From a candidate division WWE3 bacterium RIFOXYC1_FULL_40_10 (lineage in GTDB: Bacteria > Patescibacteriota > WWE3 > UBA101185 > UBA10185), in the NCBI GenBank assembly GCA_001773215.1, contig MEWB01000001.1, positions 5,964 through 69,963 of the forward strand: a DNA stretch of 64,000 nt, read 5' to 3'. The notes under the pieces were generated by a model. It saw nothing but the letters and a program-made list of their open reading frames with translations, did no database searches and was not told the DNA's origin. A program made the position numbers and the translations under genes. Each line of letters starts with the position of its first letter. Position 1 is the stretch's first letter. Shown here piece by piece: positions 29,212 through 39,031 of the stretch.

Positions 29212-29766
29212 TCATTTAAAAATTAACAGGCAATAAATAAAGAGTATTAGTAGGCTAAAAGAGTAGAGTACAACTCCCGATCTCGAAGGAGTATTTTTTA
29301 GTACCCAAAACCAATCGTGCAGTTTGTTTTCAAAATAACTCTCGGCGAGCTTATAAATTGTGTTGGCAAAAATTGATAACACGAATGCTTTTATTAAAAT
29401 TGACACATCGGAGGAGATTACGAAAATAGCCATTAACCCAATAATTACTTGAAAAACTGCCGAGTTAAGTGATTTATCCGTAATTTCGTGTTTATGATAT
29501 TCCACGTACTTTGCTGCGTTAGCGAAGTCACCGTGTTTAATAAAAGAAGTAAGATTTTCTGCAAAGGGAGTGTGTGGTTCAAAGACAAAAGCGTATAACA
29601 CGTATTCAAGCTCAAGAACAAGAGTTCCAAGTAGTACACCGGCAAAAATCATGGCTAAAAGAAGCGGTTCTTTTGCCACTTTTACAGCACTTAGCACAAC
29701 CCCTAAGGTAATGGCAATAAGTAGTGGAAATTTGTAGGTAGATATGATGCCAAGTTGTTTTATCAT
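29212..29766 (-). CDS. Membrane hypothetical protein
   Basis: Several TM segments, operonic with lgt. Confidence 0.7.
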   Translation of the reverse strand: MIKQLGIISTYKFPLLIAITLGVVLSAVKVAKEPLLLAMIFAGVLLGTLVLELEYVLYAFVFEPHTPFAENLTSFIKHGDFANAAKYVEYHKHEITDKSLNSAVFQVIIGLMAIFVISSDVSILIKAFVLSIFANTIYKLAESYFENKLHDWFWVLKNTPSRSGVVLYSFSLLILFIYCLLIFK

Positions 29767-29769
29767 TGG

Positions 29770-30045
29770 TTAAATATTAGATTCTTTTGTGGTATTTTTC
29801 AATTCTTTTAGTTTCCACATAAACAATTTCCCGGGTGTTGACACATGCTCCTGTTTCACTACAAACTCTCTTGCCATCTCCAACAAGTTCCTGTCCTCAT
29901 TCTTTGCAAGTTTTATATATAAAGCCCTATGTTTAACGTCTCCAAACTCATCCGCCAACCTGTTTCCATAAGCTTGATATTCGTAGCTGTTACGATGATC
30001 CCTTTTCAAAGGCCTAAGCTTAATAACGTCGGAAATGGACTTCAT
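29770..30045 (-). CDS. Small basic hypothetical protein
   Basis: 91 aa, operonic, ALYIKLAK and LFMWK segments. Confidence 0.7.
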   Translation of the reverse strand: MKSISDVIKLRPLKRDHRNSYEYQAYGNRLADEFGDVKHRALYIKLAKNEDRNLLEMAREFVVKQEHVSTPGKLFMWKLKELKNTTKESNI

Positions 30046-30094
30046 ATGATATCATTCTATCAGCTTTTACATCTGTCGCTGAAAAGGAGAGGCA

Positions 30095-30358
30095 ATGATC
30101 ACGAGAGAAGAATTGCACGTATATATGCAATATTTGATCGAGGAATTGAAAAGGAGAGGTTACACAGGTACTCGAGTAATTTCCTACAGGGGGATCTTCA
30201 CCGACCCGGTTTATGGTGATTATATGCTTTGTAGTTTATTGATCCACGGGGGTAAGTCTTATTGGAAAATTTACGAAAAGCCCTTACCCGAGAGCGCCTT
30301 GGAAAATGCAGGGAGGCGTGTGGTAGAAACCGATGACCCGGGTATCCAGAATTTATGA
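30095..30358 (+). CDS. Small hypothetical protein
   Basis: SD AAAGGAGAGG; antisense to its neighbours. Confidence 0.55.
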   Translation: MITREELHVYMQYLIEELKRRGYTGTRVISYRGIFTDPVYGDYMLCSLLIHGGKSYWKIYEKPLPESALENAGRRVVETDDPGIQNL

Positions 30359-30718
30359 TTTGTTAATCTGCTCCCTTGCAAATTTACCGATGTAAGGGAG
30401 CTCAATTTCTATATTGTTGTAGGCTTTCCACATTAAATACACCCAAATTACAAAGGCTCCTAAAGAGACAATGGGTAACAGCAAAAAACCAATGAGAATG
30501 AGCGTTAGAGATTGTGCAATAAACATAGCTCCCCAAACGGCGAGCCAAAACAAAAACGATTGCAGAGCGTGAAATTTAATGAAAGTATTCTTTTTTTCCG
30601 ATGTGAAGAAAACAACTCCGCCAATTATCGGAAACATATAAGAAAACACGGCTGCCATATTAGGTTCAATTTTAGACAAATCAAACTCGGCTTTTGCGTC
30701 TTTTAGCTCATCGGGCAT
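30353..30718 (-). CDS. DUF4870-like membrane protein
   Basis: FIKFHALQS, KAY...LPYIG. Confidence 0.75.
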   Translation of the reverse strand: MPDELKDAKAEFDLSKIEPNMAAVFSYMFPIIGGVVFFTSEKKNTFIKFHALQSFLFWLAVWGAMFIAQSLTLILIGFLLLPIVSLGAFVIWVYLMWKAYNNIEIELPYIGKFAREQINKS

Positions 30719-30727
30719 ATCTATATA

Positions 30728-32491
30728 TTACTTGTTTTTAAACATCAACTCAATTTCTTTTAATGTAGTGATTTGGTTTACACCTTTGTCTTCTCTAAAC
30801 TTCAATAGCCTTGGGAATCGCAGGGCGTAACCTGCCGAGTGAGAAGGGGATTTTGAAATTTCATCAGCTCCAATTTCCACCACAATCTTTGGTAGAGTGA
30901 TAACATCCGGCATATAAGCTTTATCCATTTCTACATTTGCAGGTACTTGGTTGGTCTTTACAGTATCCGCCAATCTTTTAAGTTTCTCGAAATCTTCCTC
31001 AGTAAGCCCTGTTCCAACCTTGGTAAGTGTTTTAAATCCGTCCGAAGCTTCGTCATAAATTCCCACCAGGAACCCCCCGATACCCAATTTTGATCTGGTA
31101 CCTTTGCCGAAATAATAGCCCAGAACCACACAGTCTATAGAGTCGTCCAGCAGTTTTTCATCTGCGGCTTTTAACTTAATCCACGAGTACGATCTAGCTC
31201 CAGCCGAGTATGGCCCTTTTGGGTCCTTGGCGATAATGCCCTCTAATTTATGTTTTTTCGCCTGGTCGAATTGCTTTTTAAGCTCAACCGAATTGTCTGC
31301 CAAAAAGTGCTCGGCAATTTCGATCATCCCTTTGTGTTTTACAACTCTTTCCAATTGGTGGTGTCTGTATTCTAAAGGCTTCTCTAGTAATGACTCCCCG
31401 TTTAAATACAAAATATCAAAAACCATATACTTTAACGGGATATTTAGAGAACTTTCTTCCACATCATGTTTTCGTTTTCTTTGTATAGTCTCCTGAAAGG
31501 GCAAAAAAGTGCCTGTTTTTGAATCATACCCAATGGCCTCGCCATCCAATATTACCGATTCCGCAACAAGTTGTTCTTTAGCCGCACGTACTATGTCTGG
31601 AAATTGATGTGTCGTAGGTTCCAGGTTTCTGGTGAAGGTTTCTACCATTATTTCCTTGTCGGAGCTGTTAAATAAATCATTCTGTCCATCTTTTGTACTA
31701 TTAGTGTGCTTCTTTCTATCCAAATGAAGTTGTACACGTGTGCCGTCAAACTTATATTCGGACCAACTAGCTTTAATCCTCTCGGCGGCCTCGTCAATCC
31801 CGCTAACTCTTTGGGCTTTTTGTGAAAGCACAGGTATTCCTGTTGTAATCTCTATTTCGTTTAGTCCCTGTAGTCCCCTGGAGGTTACTAATTCGGAAAT
31901 TGCACCTATATCAGGATAAATGTTGTATTTTGCTTCTATCTGTTTTGCTAATTTTTTGTTTCCTAATAACTCCGACAAAGCTTGAATCATTGTTAACTCA
32001 GTAAACCCCAGCCTCGTAGTACCTAGAATTATTCTAACTACATACTTTGCCGACAGTCCGTCCAAGTCCCTGAGCAATACAGCACCGAGTTGAATTTTCG
32101 AATCCTGAGATCCAAAACCTTCTTCTTTGGCAATAATCGTCAAAGCTTCATAAACTTCTTTAACAGATGGATTTTTTTTGGAGCTGGATTTCTCTGCCAA
32201 CTTGAATGCTACATCGCCTAAATCTCCCATAAATCCATATGATGTAGCAATTTCCGCGGGGGATTTATGCAAATAGGCAAGGGACAGTATACGAAGCATC
32301 ATTTTGTCGGCAATATTAAACTTTAGTGATTCGAAAGGAGCTTTTAAGTAACCCAGAGATAAATAGGTAGCTTCTTTTACTTCTTCTTTTCCGAGCTTTG
32401 ATAGCAACTCTTTCAGAATTGTGCTGATTTCAAGCCTTTTTGCGGTTTCTTCGAGGCGTTGTAAATAACTACTGAATTCTTTGAATTTCAT
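30728..32491 (-). CDS. ATP-dependent DNA ligase (archaeal/eukaryal LigI-type architecture)
   Basis: EYKFDGTR (motif I), ILDGEA, VFDIL, EGIIAK, WIKLK, LRFPR; N-terminal DNA-binding domain; start at MKFKEF, with TATAAT ending 7 nt upstream. Confidence 0.95.
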   Translation of the reverse strand: MKFKEFSSYLQRLEETAKRLEISTILKELLSKLGKEEVKEATYLSLGYLKAPFESLKFNIADKMMLRILSLAYLHKSPAEIATSYGFMGDLGDVAFKLAEKSSSKKNPSVKEVYEALTIIAKEEGFGSQDSKIQLGAVLLRDLDGLSAKYVVRIILGTTRLGFTELTMIQALSELLGNKKLAKQIEAKYNIYPDIGAISELVTSRGLQGLNEIEITTGIPVLSQKAQRVSGIDEAAERIKASWSEYKFDGTRVQLHLDRKKHTNSTKDGQNDLFNSSDKEIMVETFTRNLEPTTHQFPDIVRAAKEQLVAESVILDGEAIGYDSKTGTFLPFQETIQRKRKHDVEESSLNIPLKYMVFDILYLNGESLLEKPLEYRHHQLERVVKHKGMIEIAEHFLADNSVELKKQFDQAKKHKLEGIIAKDPKGPYSAGARSYSWIKLKAADEKLLDDSIDCVVLGYYFGKGTRSKLGIGGFLVGIYDEASDGFKTLTKVGTGLTEEDFEKLKRLADTVKTNQVPANVEMDKAYMPDVITLPKIVVEIGADEISKSPSHSAGYALRFPRLLKFREDKGVNQITTLKEIELMFKNK

Positions 32492-32587
32492 ATGACTCAT
32501 TATAATGCCATAAACCGTCGTTGCCCAGTGTTGACTACTATAGGGTCAGTATGATAAAATCTCTTTACATTAAAACAAGGAGGTAAT

Positions 32588-32821
32588 ATGTTTTATCTCG
32601 TGTATCACGGGTTTTCTGATCCGGTTTCCCTTGAACTGAATCCCAGGGACGAAATATATATATTTGTGTTGTTTTACTTTCCCTGGGTGTTGAGCTTCTT
32701 GATTAGGAAGGCTCTGGTCGAACTTCTGAAGGAAAAGTCGGCTCCGATCACTTCGGCTAAGCCTGTGGCCTGTTCCTCACATTCCTTGATGCAGCGCGGA
32801 CCGCTCGTTGTCGTGATCTAG
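32588..32821 (+). CDS. Small hypothetical protein
   Basis: TTGACT/TAAAAT promoter, SD AAGGAGGT, hairpin after the stop. Confidence 0.45.
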   Translation: MFYLVYHGFSDPVSLELNPRDEIYIFVLFYFPWVLSFLIRKALVELLKEKSAPITSAKPVACSSHSLMQRGPLVVVI

Positions 32822-32860
32822 TTTATGGCCTTCCGGGTATTTTTTCTCGGAAGGTCACTT

Positions 32861-33850
32861 TTATCTTATTAACTCGTATCTGGATGACTTTGTTTTTCCC
32901 ACCTTTTGCACGATATTAAGATCAGTGAGTGTTTTTAGATCCCGCAAAATCGAATCCTCTGATTTGTCGGGGAATATTCTGCCAAAATCTCTGTTTTGAA
33001 TAAGTCCGTAATCCTGAAGATACTCCACAATTCTCGCCTGTCTATCCGAGAGTTTAACCTGGCCTGTAGCTTTAGCGATCTTTGTGTCTTTGGCTAGCAG
33101 TTTAATTTTTTCTTTTAGGTTGTTTGCCTCAATTGATAATCCTTCCGAAAAATATTCAAGCCACCCAGTCATGTCGTCTTCTTCCTTGATAATGCTCGAA
33201 ACATTGTACTCAAACTGCTGTTTTGTCTTTCTATAATAGTCTGAAAGATACGCGCAGTCTTTTAATGAGTAATTTCTGATTTTCAACCATAGTATGACTA
33301 TAAAATTAACGGTAGCCGAATTAAAGTTCCTAAATGGTTTTATAGCTTCTAGTGAGAGTTTTAAGACCGACGCACTAATAATGGGATGGGTTTCATACGA
33401 GTCCCTTCCGTTTAGCCAATCAAAAATTTCGACGATTTTTGCCAAAATTTCGTCGGGTTCAGGAAAGTCGGGTTCCCGCGTATTTCTGTAGGCCCCATTA
33501 CTCGCAGGGTAGAAAAGGCGGTTCAAATCGCACAGGTTTTGTTCTGTTACCTCGGTGGACCTCGAATTATTGGATATATAATCAAAAGCCATTTTAAAAT
33601 TAGATACTTCTGCAACCCTGCTTTCGGCCAGGTTTTCGTAAGAGTATTTGATTTGTTCCACCTCAAGATTTATTCCTTCACCTCGAAGCGAGCTGTAGAT
33701 TTCCCTGATTTGTGATTCTTTAATGAGCTTCGACTCCCAAGAGGGTAGAATAGCGGTATTTTCAATCACCGCTTTTGAGTACTCCAGGGAGCTAATGTTA
33801 CCTAAAATCTTTGTTGTTATGCTGTATTCAGGTATGAATAGTCGAGACAT
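32861..33850 (-). CDS. Fic-domain protein with degenerate active site and C-terminal HTH
   Basis: SSLRGEG, HPII, IKPFRNFNSAT in place of HPFxDGNGR; SILRDLKTL HTH. Confidence 0.75.
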   Translation of the reverse strand: MSRLFIPEYSITTKILGNISSLEYSKAVIENTAILPSWESKLIKESQIREIYSSLRGEGINLEVEQIKYSYENLAESRVAEVSNFKMAFDYISNNSRSTEVTEQNLCDLNRLFYPASNGAYRNTREPDFPEPDEILAKIVEIFDWLNGRDSYETHPIISASVLKLSLEAIKPFRNFNSATVNFIVILWLKIRNYSLKDCAYLSDYYRKTKQQFEYNVSSIIKEEDDMTGWLEYFSEGLSIEANNLKEKIKLLAKDTKIAKATGQVKLSDRQARIVEYLQDYGLIQNRDFGRIFPDKSEDSILRDLKTLTDLNIVQKVGKTKSSRYELIR

Positions 33851-33883
33851 TAAATTAATTCTCGCACATTTCCCGCAAGTGTT

Positions 33884-34933
33884 CTATAGATTGATAACCC
33901 TTATATTTGCAGTGTTAATAAAGCTGGGGATTTCGGTACATGTGATAATGGTTTGGTACTCTTTGGTAAGTTTCACTATTCCTGCCTTATGATCGTCGTC
34001 GAACTCGGAAAACACGTCGTCAAGCAGTAAAGTGGGCTTATGATGTACTTTTTCCTCCAAAAAGTCTATTTCACACATCTTGGCAGCTAATATGGCTTCC
34101 CGTTGCTGTCCGCGAGACCCAAATTCAGAGATATTCCTATCAGCTATTTTTATTTCGTAGTCATCCCTATGGGGTCCAACCAGAGTAGTTCGTGCGAAAA
34201 TTTCGGTTTCTTTGTGTTTTTCCAGTCTCTCTGTTGAAATCTCATTTTTGATATAGCCTATACTTAGTGAATTACCGTGAGTCTCAACCTTAGTCCCAAT
34301 TTTCTTGTTCAGATAGGCGACATACTCTTGTCGGACTTTTTGGATATAAGTGCCGGTTTCTACTATCTTATCTGTCCAAAAGGTCAATTGATTATGTCCA
34401 ACCCCGGTTTCGGATATTTGTTCCAGGATTTTGTTGCGTCTCTTAACTGCCTTTGTGTAAGTGTCGAGGTCCTTTTTATATCGTGTATCCGACTGCTGAA
34501 GAATGGAATCAATATATTTTCGCCTTAAAGAGGGAGTCCCTGTAATTGTCTCGATGTCTCTGGGCGTAAATAGAATTGCACTAAAGTATTCTTTTAATAC
34601 CCCTGATCTTTTTGGCACCTTGTTGACCTTAATTTTCTTTGAGCTGGCATTTAGATTAATATTCGAGGTAAGTACCTGGATTTCCACATCGTTAATATCC
34701 CCCTCATTTTCAATTTTTGAGGTTACAGTGCAAAACTGTTTGCCGAAAGAGATTAGATCCCTATCGAATTTAACCCAAGGAGATCTATTTCCGGTGAGGA
34801 GGAAGATAGCTTCGAGGATATTTGTTTTTCCCGAACCGTTTTTGCCCACAATAATTGAAATGTTTTCATCAAATCCGAACTCGGCTTTTGAGTGGTTTCT
34901 AAAGTTTGTGAGTTTAATAGAGTTTACTTTCAT
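33884..34933 (-). CDS. recF: DNA replication and repair protein RecF
   Basis: NFRN, GKNGSGKTN, GPHRDD, GSRGQQR, LLLDDVFSE; TAATG overlap with mutM. Confidence 0.96.
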   Translation of the reverse strand: MKVNSIKLTNFRNHSKAEFGFDENISIIVGKNGSGKTNILEAIFLLTGNRSPWVKFDRDLISFGKQFCTVTSKIENEGDINDVEIQVLTSNINLNASSKKIKVNKVPKRSGVLKEYFSAILFTPRDIETITGTPSLRRKYIDSILQQSDTRYKKDLDTYTKAVKRRNKILEQISETGVGHNQLTFWTDKIVETGTYIQKVRQEYVAYLNKKIGTKVETHGNSLSIGYIKNEISTERLEKHKETEIFARTTLVGPHRDDYEIKIADRNISEFGSRGQQREAILAAKMCEIDFLEEKVHHKPTLLLDDVFSEFDDDHKAGIVKLTKEYQTIITCTEIPSFINTANIRVINL

Positions 34934-35760
34934 TACAATTGGCAATTAGGGCAATAATAAGTTCCTCTCCCTGCTATTTTTTTAAACTCCACCGGTCCTT
35001 TGCAGTTGTCGCATATTGTTTTAAGGTATATTTTAAAGTGGTTTTGCTGAGAACCCTCTTTTCCAAAAATATCTACATACATTTTATCGGGTAGAGTAGA
35101 CCCCCTGTTTACTATTCCCTCCTCTAAAACTTGTTTTGCTGCTTTTAGTAGTTTAGTTGTCCCCTGCAAGTCCAAGTCTTTAGTCTTTGTCTCCGGATGG
35201 ATTCCTGCCAGGAACAGTGCATCCGTAGCATAAATATTGCCGAGCCCCGAAATTACAGCCTGATTAAGTAGTGCGCTTTTTATCGTCGATCTCTTGGCTT
35301 TTATTCTTGAGAGAAACTCCTCAGGAGTTAATCCTCTATCTAAAGGTTCCGGGCCATATTTTGCCTTAAGCTTATCCAAATCTTCTCCTTCTACTAATTC
35401 CACTCGTCCAAACATTCTCATATCTGCGAAAGCTATATCCAAAGGTTTCATTCCTCGCGGGGGGATAATTCTAAATGCAACTTTGCTCCACATAGGCGAC
35501 TCTTTTGGATTCCTTATCAAAATCCTGCCGGTCATTGCAAGGTGGAATCTAATATATTTGTCCCCCTCAAGCTCCCAAATTATGTTTTTCGCTATCCTAC
35601 TAACATTAAGCACCCGCTTTCCCTTTACTGTGTTGATAAATATTCTGTTTTCTGGAAATACTCGGTAGTTATTAGCAATTAAAACTTTATCGATAACTGC
35701 GTTTTTAAGAATTTTTCTTAGATCCGCAGAAATAGTGTGTACTTCTGGTAATTCCGGCAT
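34933..35760 (-). CDS. mutM: Formamidopyrimidine-DNA glycosylase
   Basis: MPELPEV, HLAMTG, GLGNIYA, C-terminal zinc finger. Confidence 0.96.
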   Translation of the reverse strand: MPELPEVHTISADLRKILKNAVIDKVLIANNYRVFPENRIFINTVKGKRVLNVSRIAKNIIWELEGDKYIRFHLAMTGRILIRNPKESPMWSKVAFRIIPPRGMKPLDIAFADMRMFGRVELVEGEDLDKLKAKYGPEPLDRGLTPEEFLSRIKAKRSTIKSALLNQAVISGLGNIYATDALFLAGIHPETKTKDLDLQGTTKLLKAAKQVLEEGIVNRGSTLPDKMYVDIFGKEGSQQNHFKIYLKTICDNCKGPVEFKKIAGRGTYYCPNCQL

Positions 35761-35762
35761 AT

Positions 35763-36866
35763 TTATAATCCAAATTTTTCGGCAGCTCTATCTTGAACAA
35801 ATTGGCGGAATTCGTTTTGAAATCTACTTTTCGAGAATTTGCCAGCGTGTTGTTTAATTATTTCGGAATCGAACTTATTCTCGTGAATTGCTTTCTCAAA
35901 GTTTTGGATCGCTCCCATTAAACCTTCCACACTCCTGTCGTAAAAATACATCCCTGTGATGCCTTCTACGACACTTTCTAAGTGGCCACCGGAGCCATGA
36001 GCGAGCACAGGCTTTCCGTGAGAAGCAACTTCGATAGGTACTATCCCAAAGTCCTCATCATCAACGGTGTTAATCAAACCGAGGCAGTTTTTCATATACT
36101 GATGCTTGGTATCTTCACTAGCGTGGCCCAAAAATTTGATATTTTTCTTGGCAAGTTTTTTAAGCCGATTTTCGTCATTACCTGTTCCTATTATTGTCAA
36201 AGGCATCTCAAGTTTGTTAAATGCCTCAATTAACAGATCAAAGTTTTTATACCTAGCCAATCTACCTACTGCGATAAAAGTAGGGTTGATAGGTTTTTTC
36301 GGTTCGGTTGGAACGAAATCTACGTCGACAGGCGGGTATATTACTGTAGCGTCACGGCGATAAAATTTCCGGATTCGCTTTCGAGTTTCTTGCGAGTTAG
36401 TTACCAAAAAATCGGGGCGTTGGGCAGCTACGAAATCCCACATTCTCAGCAGATTTGTGATGTAAGAATAGATCAGAGGGAACTTTTGCCACTTCACCCC
36501 TTCTTGAGAATATCCGTATAAAAAACGTGGCGGTGTATGTATATAGCTAATGTGCAGTTGGTCAGGTTTTGTCAAAATACCTTTATTCCATGTGGTCCCG
36601 TCGGAAATGATTAGGTCGTATTGTGAAAAATCAAAACCTTCGAAAATGGGTGCCATCCTAAACAAAAAGAAACTCTTTGACATTAGTCCTCCCTTTGGAG
36701 CTATTATTTTTCGGCTATTAATTAAATCCGATTGTTTTTTTTTGCAATATTTTGCTGTAAAAATAGGTGCGTCAGGGTATAGCTCCGCTATTGCCTCTAA
36801 TGTTTTTTGTGCGCCTCCGTATTGTTCTAAGAACTCCGTAGCTAGAGCTACTCTGATTTTTTTCAT
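35763..36866 (-). CDS. Glycosyltransferase family 4
   Basis: YGGAQK, VIYPPV, GRLARYK, EDFGIVPIE. Confidence 0.92.
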   Translation of the reverse strand: MKKIRVALATEFLEQYGGAQKTLEAIAELYPDAPIFTAKYCKKKQSDLINSRKIIAPKGGLMSKSFFLFRMAPIFEGFDFSQYDLIISDGTTWNKGILTKPDQLHISYIHTPPRFLYGYSQEGVKWQKFPLIYSYITNLLRMWDFVAAQRPDFLVTNSQETRKRIRKFYRRDATVIYPPVDVDFVPTEPKKPINPTFIAVGRLARYKNFDLLIEAFNKLEMPLTIIGTGNDENRLKKLAKKNIKFLGHASEDTKHQYMKNCLGLINTVDDEDFGIVPIEVASHGKPVLAHGSGGHLESVVEGITGMYFYDRSVEGLMGAIQNFEKAIHENKFDSEIIKQHAGKFSKSRFQNEFRQFVQDRAAEKFGL

Positions 36867-36993
36867 AGTGCCATTTTAGCTTAAAGACGCAAGCATATCC
36901 AGTAGCAGGAGCTGCTCTAGCGTTGGAGCTGCTCTTGACAACCTTGTGTACCTATGGGTTTAATATATCATCAGATAATATCTGCCGTAGTTG

Positions 36994-37524
36994 ATGAAAG
37001 AGTCTGCCCGGAAAAGTACTGTGAAAAAAGGAAATGCCCTCCCTGCCATCTTAATATTCGCTGTTTTTGCATCCGTGCCCGTGATGACCTGGGCCTTGTT
37101 GTTGAAAAATAGCACCAATTCGCCTGCTGTAAAAGGTTCAGAGACAAATTCTCTCCCTGTAGGATCTTATATAAATGTTGAAATAAGTTCGCCCAGTGAA
37201 GTGTGGGAATTGAATGAGTATTTATGTAAAACCTCTGATGAATGCGCAACCAGTTTGGATTCCGGGGATAAGTGGGGAAATTTAAGTGGGGGGCCTGACG
37301 CATTACATGAAGTAGTGGTGGTGCAGGATGATAAATGGGAAGAATATAATTATCTGAAAATATACGTCCGCCCGGGGTTGAGCTCTCAAGGGACAGCCTA
37401 TGAACCTGCTTTATTTGGCGAGATATCCATACAGAGCGTTGCATTTGAAGACACAAGGGCACTAATTATTCCTGTTTCTGATATCAAATCCGGAAAAATT
37501 TCGACACTCACTTTTTCAAATTAG
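36994..37524 (+). CDS. Membrane-anchored or exported hypothetical protein
   Basis: Basic N-terminus, TM helix, acidic domain. Confidence 0.65.
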   Translation: MKESARKSTVKKGNALPAILIFAVFASVPVMTWALLLKNSTNSPAVKGSETNSLPVGSYINVEISSPSEVWELNEYLCKTSDECATSLDSGDKWGNLSGGPDALHEVVVVQDDKWEEYNYLKIYVRPGLSSQGTAYEPALFGEISIQSVAFEDTRALIIPVSDIKSGKISTLTFSN

Positions 37525-37527
37525 TTT

Positions 37528-38475
37528 TTAGTTTATAAAAAACTGGCGTGCAATAAACCCGATATAGATAACGAGTAAAACAAGGGCTTCAAAACGGTTG
37601 ATATTTTTTTGTGAGTCGGAGAAAATGAAAAACACTATCATGGCTAGTAGTGCAAACAAGCCCGAATTAAGCATAGCAACACTGTTTATTATAGTAATAG
37701 GGTTAACAAGGGCGGTAATAGCAATAACTACAGTACTGTTTACAATTACACTGCCAATTAAATTTCCCATTACCGAGCTATCATCATGCTCCTCAACTGC
37801 TTTGATGGAGAAAACTATTTCGGGTAACGACGTTCCTACTGCAGTTAGTGTAAGCCCTACAAAAGCTATGCTAATACCTAGACTTTGTGATATGCCTAAA
37901 GAAGACCTAACAATGAACTCGCTGGCAGTTACTAGTACAAGCAATGAGATCACAAAGAGTGTAACTTGTTTTAATAAATCTTTGTGGTGTAATTTTTCAA
38001 GGACTTTTTCTGAAAGACTGCTTTTTTCTAGAAAGGCAACTGTATAAATCAAGTAGCATGCTAGTAGGATAAGAGCGTCAATTCTGCTTACAAGGTTATC
38101 GTATGCCAGCCCCAGGGTTAGGCATGAAAATATGATGGCGAAGTAGATATCCTTTGTAGAAAACACTCTCCGGGAGGATACCTTTTTTGCAAATAAAAGC
38201 ACAACTGCAGGTACCAGGGATAGGAGGGCGATGTTTGAACCTATTGCATTTCCAAAAGAAAGTTCTTGGGTTCCTTTTAGTGCCGATTCCACGCCCACCA
38301 ATACTTCGGGGAGGGAGGTTGCTAGGGCGACCAGAACAAAACTAATCGTATAACTAGAGATATCAAAGTGTTTAGCTAAACAGGAAGCGGATTTTGAGAA
38401 GGTTTCGACGGCCTTTATTAGAACAATGCTTGACAAAACGATGAGGAGAATATTTTCCAGAGCCTGAATTGACAT
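37528..38475 (-). CDS. Na+/Ca2+ (CaCA, YrbG-like) antiporter
   Basis: Two alpha repeats: ATSLPE...GNAIGSN and GTSLPE...GNLIGS. Confidence 0.92.
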   Translation of the reverse strand: MSIQALENILLIVLSSIVLIKAVETFSKSASCLAKHFDISSYTISFVLVALATSLPEVLVGVESALKGTQELSFGNAIGSNIALLSLVPAVVLLFAKKVSSRRVFSTKDIYFAIIFSCLTLGLAYDNLVSRIDALILLACYLIYTVAFLEKSSLSEKVLEKLHHKDLLKQVTLFVISLLVLVTASEFIVRSSLGISQSLGISIAFVGLTLTAVGTSLPEIVFSIKAVEEHDDSSVMGNLIGSVIVNSTVVIAITALVNPITIINSVAMLNSGLFALLAMIVFFIFSDSQKNINRFEALVLLVIYIGFIARQFFIN

Positions 38476-38530
38476 AGCACTTGCATAATACAGGATTTAA
38501 CTTCCTCGCAAAATAATCTAGAATAAATCA

Positions 38531-39016
38531 ATGCAACTGATTAAGCGAGATAGTTCTTTGTGGAGTTACCTAACTGATGACTTGCGCGGTTTAGTGGAAG
38601 ATGGCGAGTTTCTTTTGGAGGTTGCCGATCAAACTAAGAAAGAAGAGTTTTTGTCTGATTACTCTTACCTGGTTTTTCCGTTTGCAAAAGCATACGAGGG
38701 GTTTCTAAAGAAGTTTTTTTTGGATACTAAATTAATACATGAGGAAGAATACTATAGTGATGACATCAGAATTGGCAGAATTTTAAATCCCCATTTCGAC
38801 AAGGAAAAACAAAATGTATTCAGAAAAATATGCAATCATTCTAAGGAAGGGAGGAAAATTTCATCGAAATTGTGGGAAACATGGAAAAAGGGTAGAAACT
38901 TAGTTTTTCACTATTTTCCACATAATTTTCGCCGGCTTTCTTACCAACATTCCTTGGAAATTATCCAGGAAATCATTTCCTCGATGAACTCTGCGATAAT
39001 GGAGTGTAATGTGTGA
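38531..39016 (+). CDS. HEPN-domain protein resembling the RNase LS (RnlA) C-terminal domain
   Basis: DYSYLVFPFAKAYEGFLKK and an Rx4H motif, RNLVFH. Confidence 0.6.
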   Translation: MQLIKRDSSLWSYLTDDLRGLVEDGEFLLEVADQTKKEEFLSDYSYLVFPFAKAYEGFLKKFFLDTKLIHEEEYYSDDIRIGRILNPHFDKEKQNVFRKICNHSKEGRKISSKLWETWKKGRNLVFHYFPHNFRRLSYQHSLEIIQEIISSMNSAIMECNV

Positions 39017-39031
39017 TGCTATAATCTTTTT

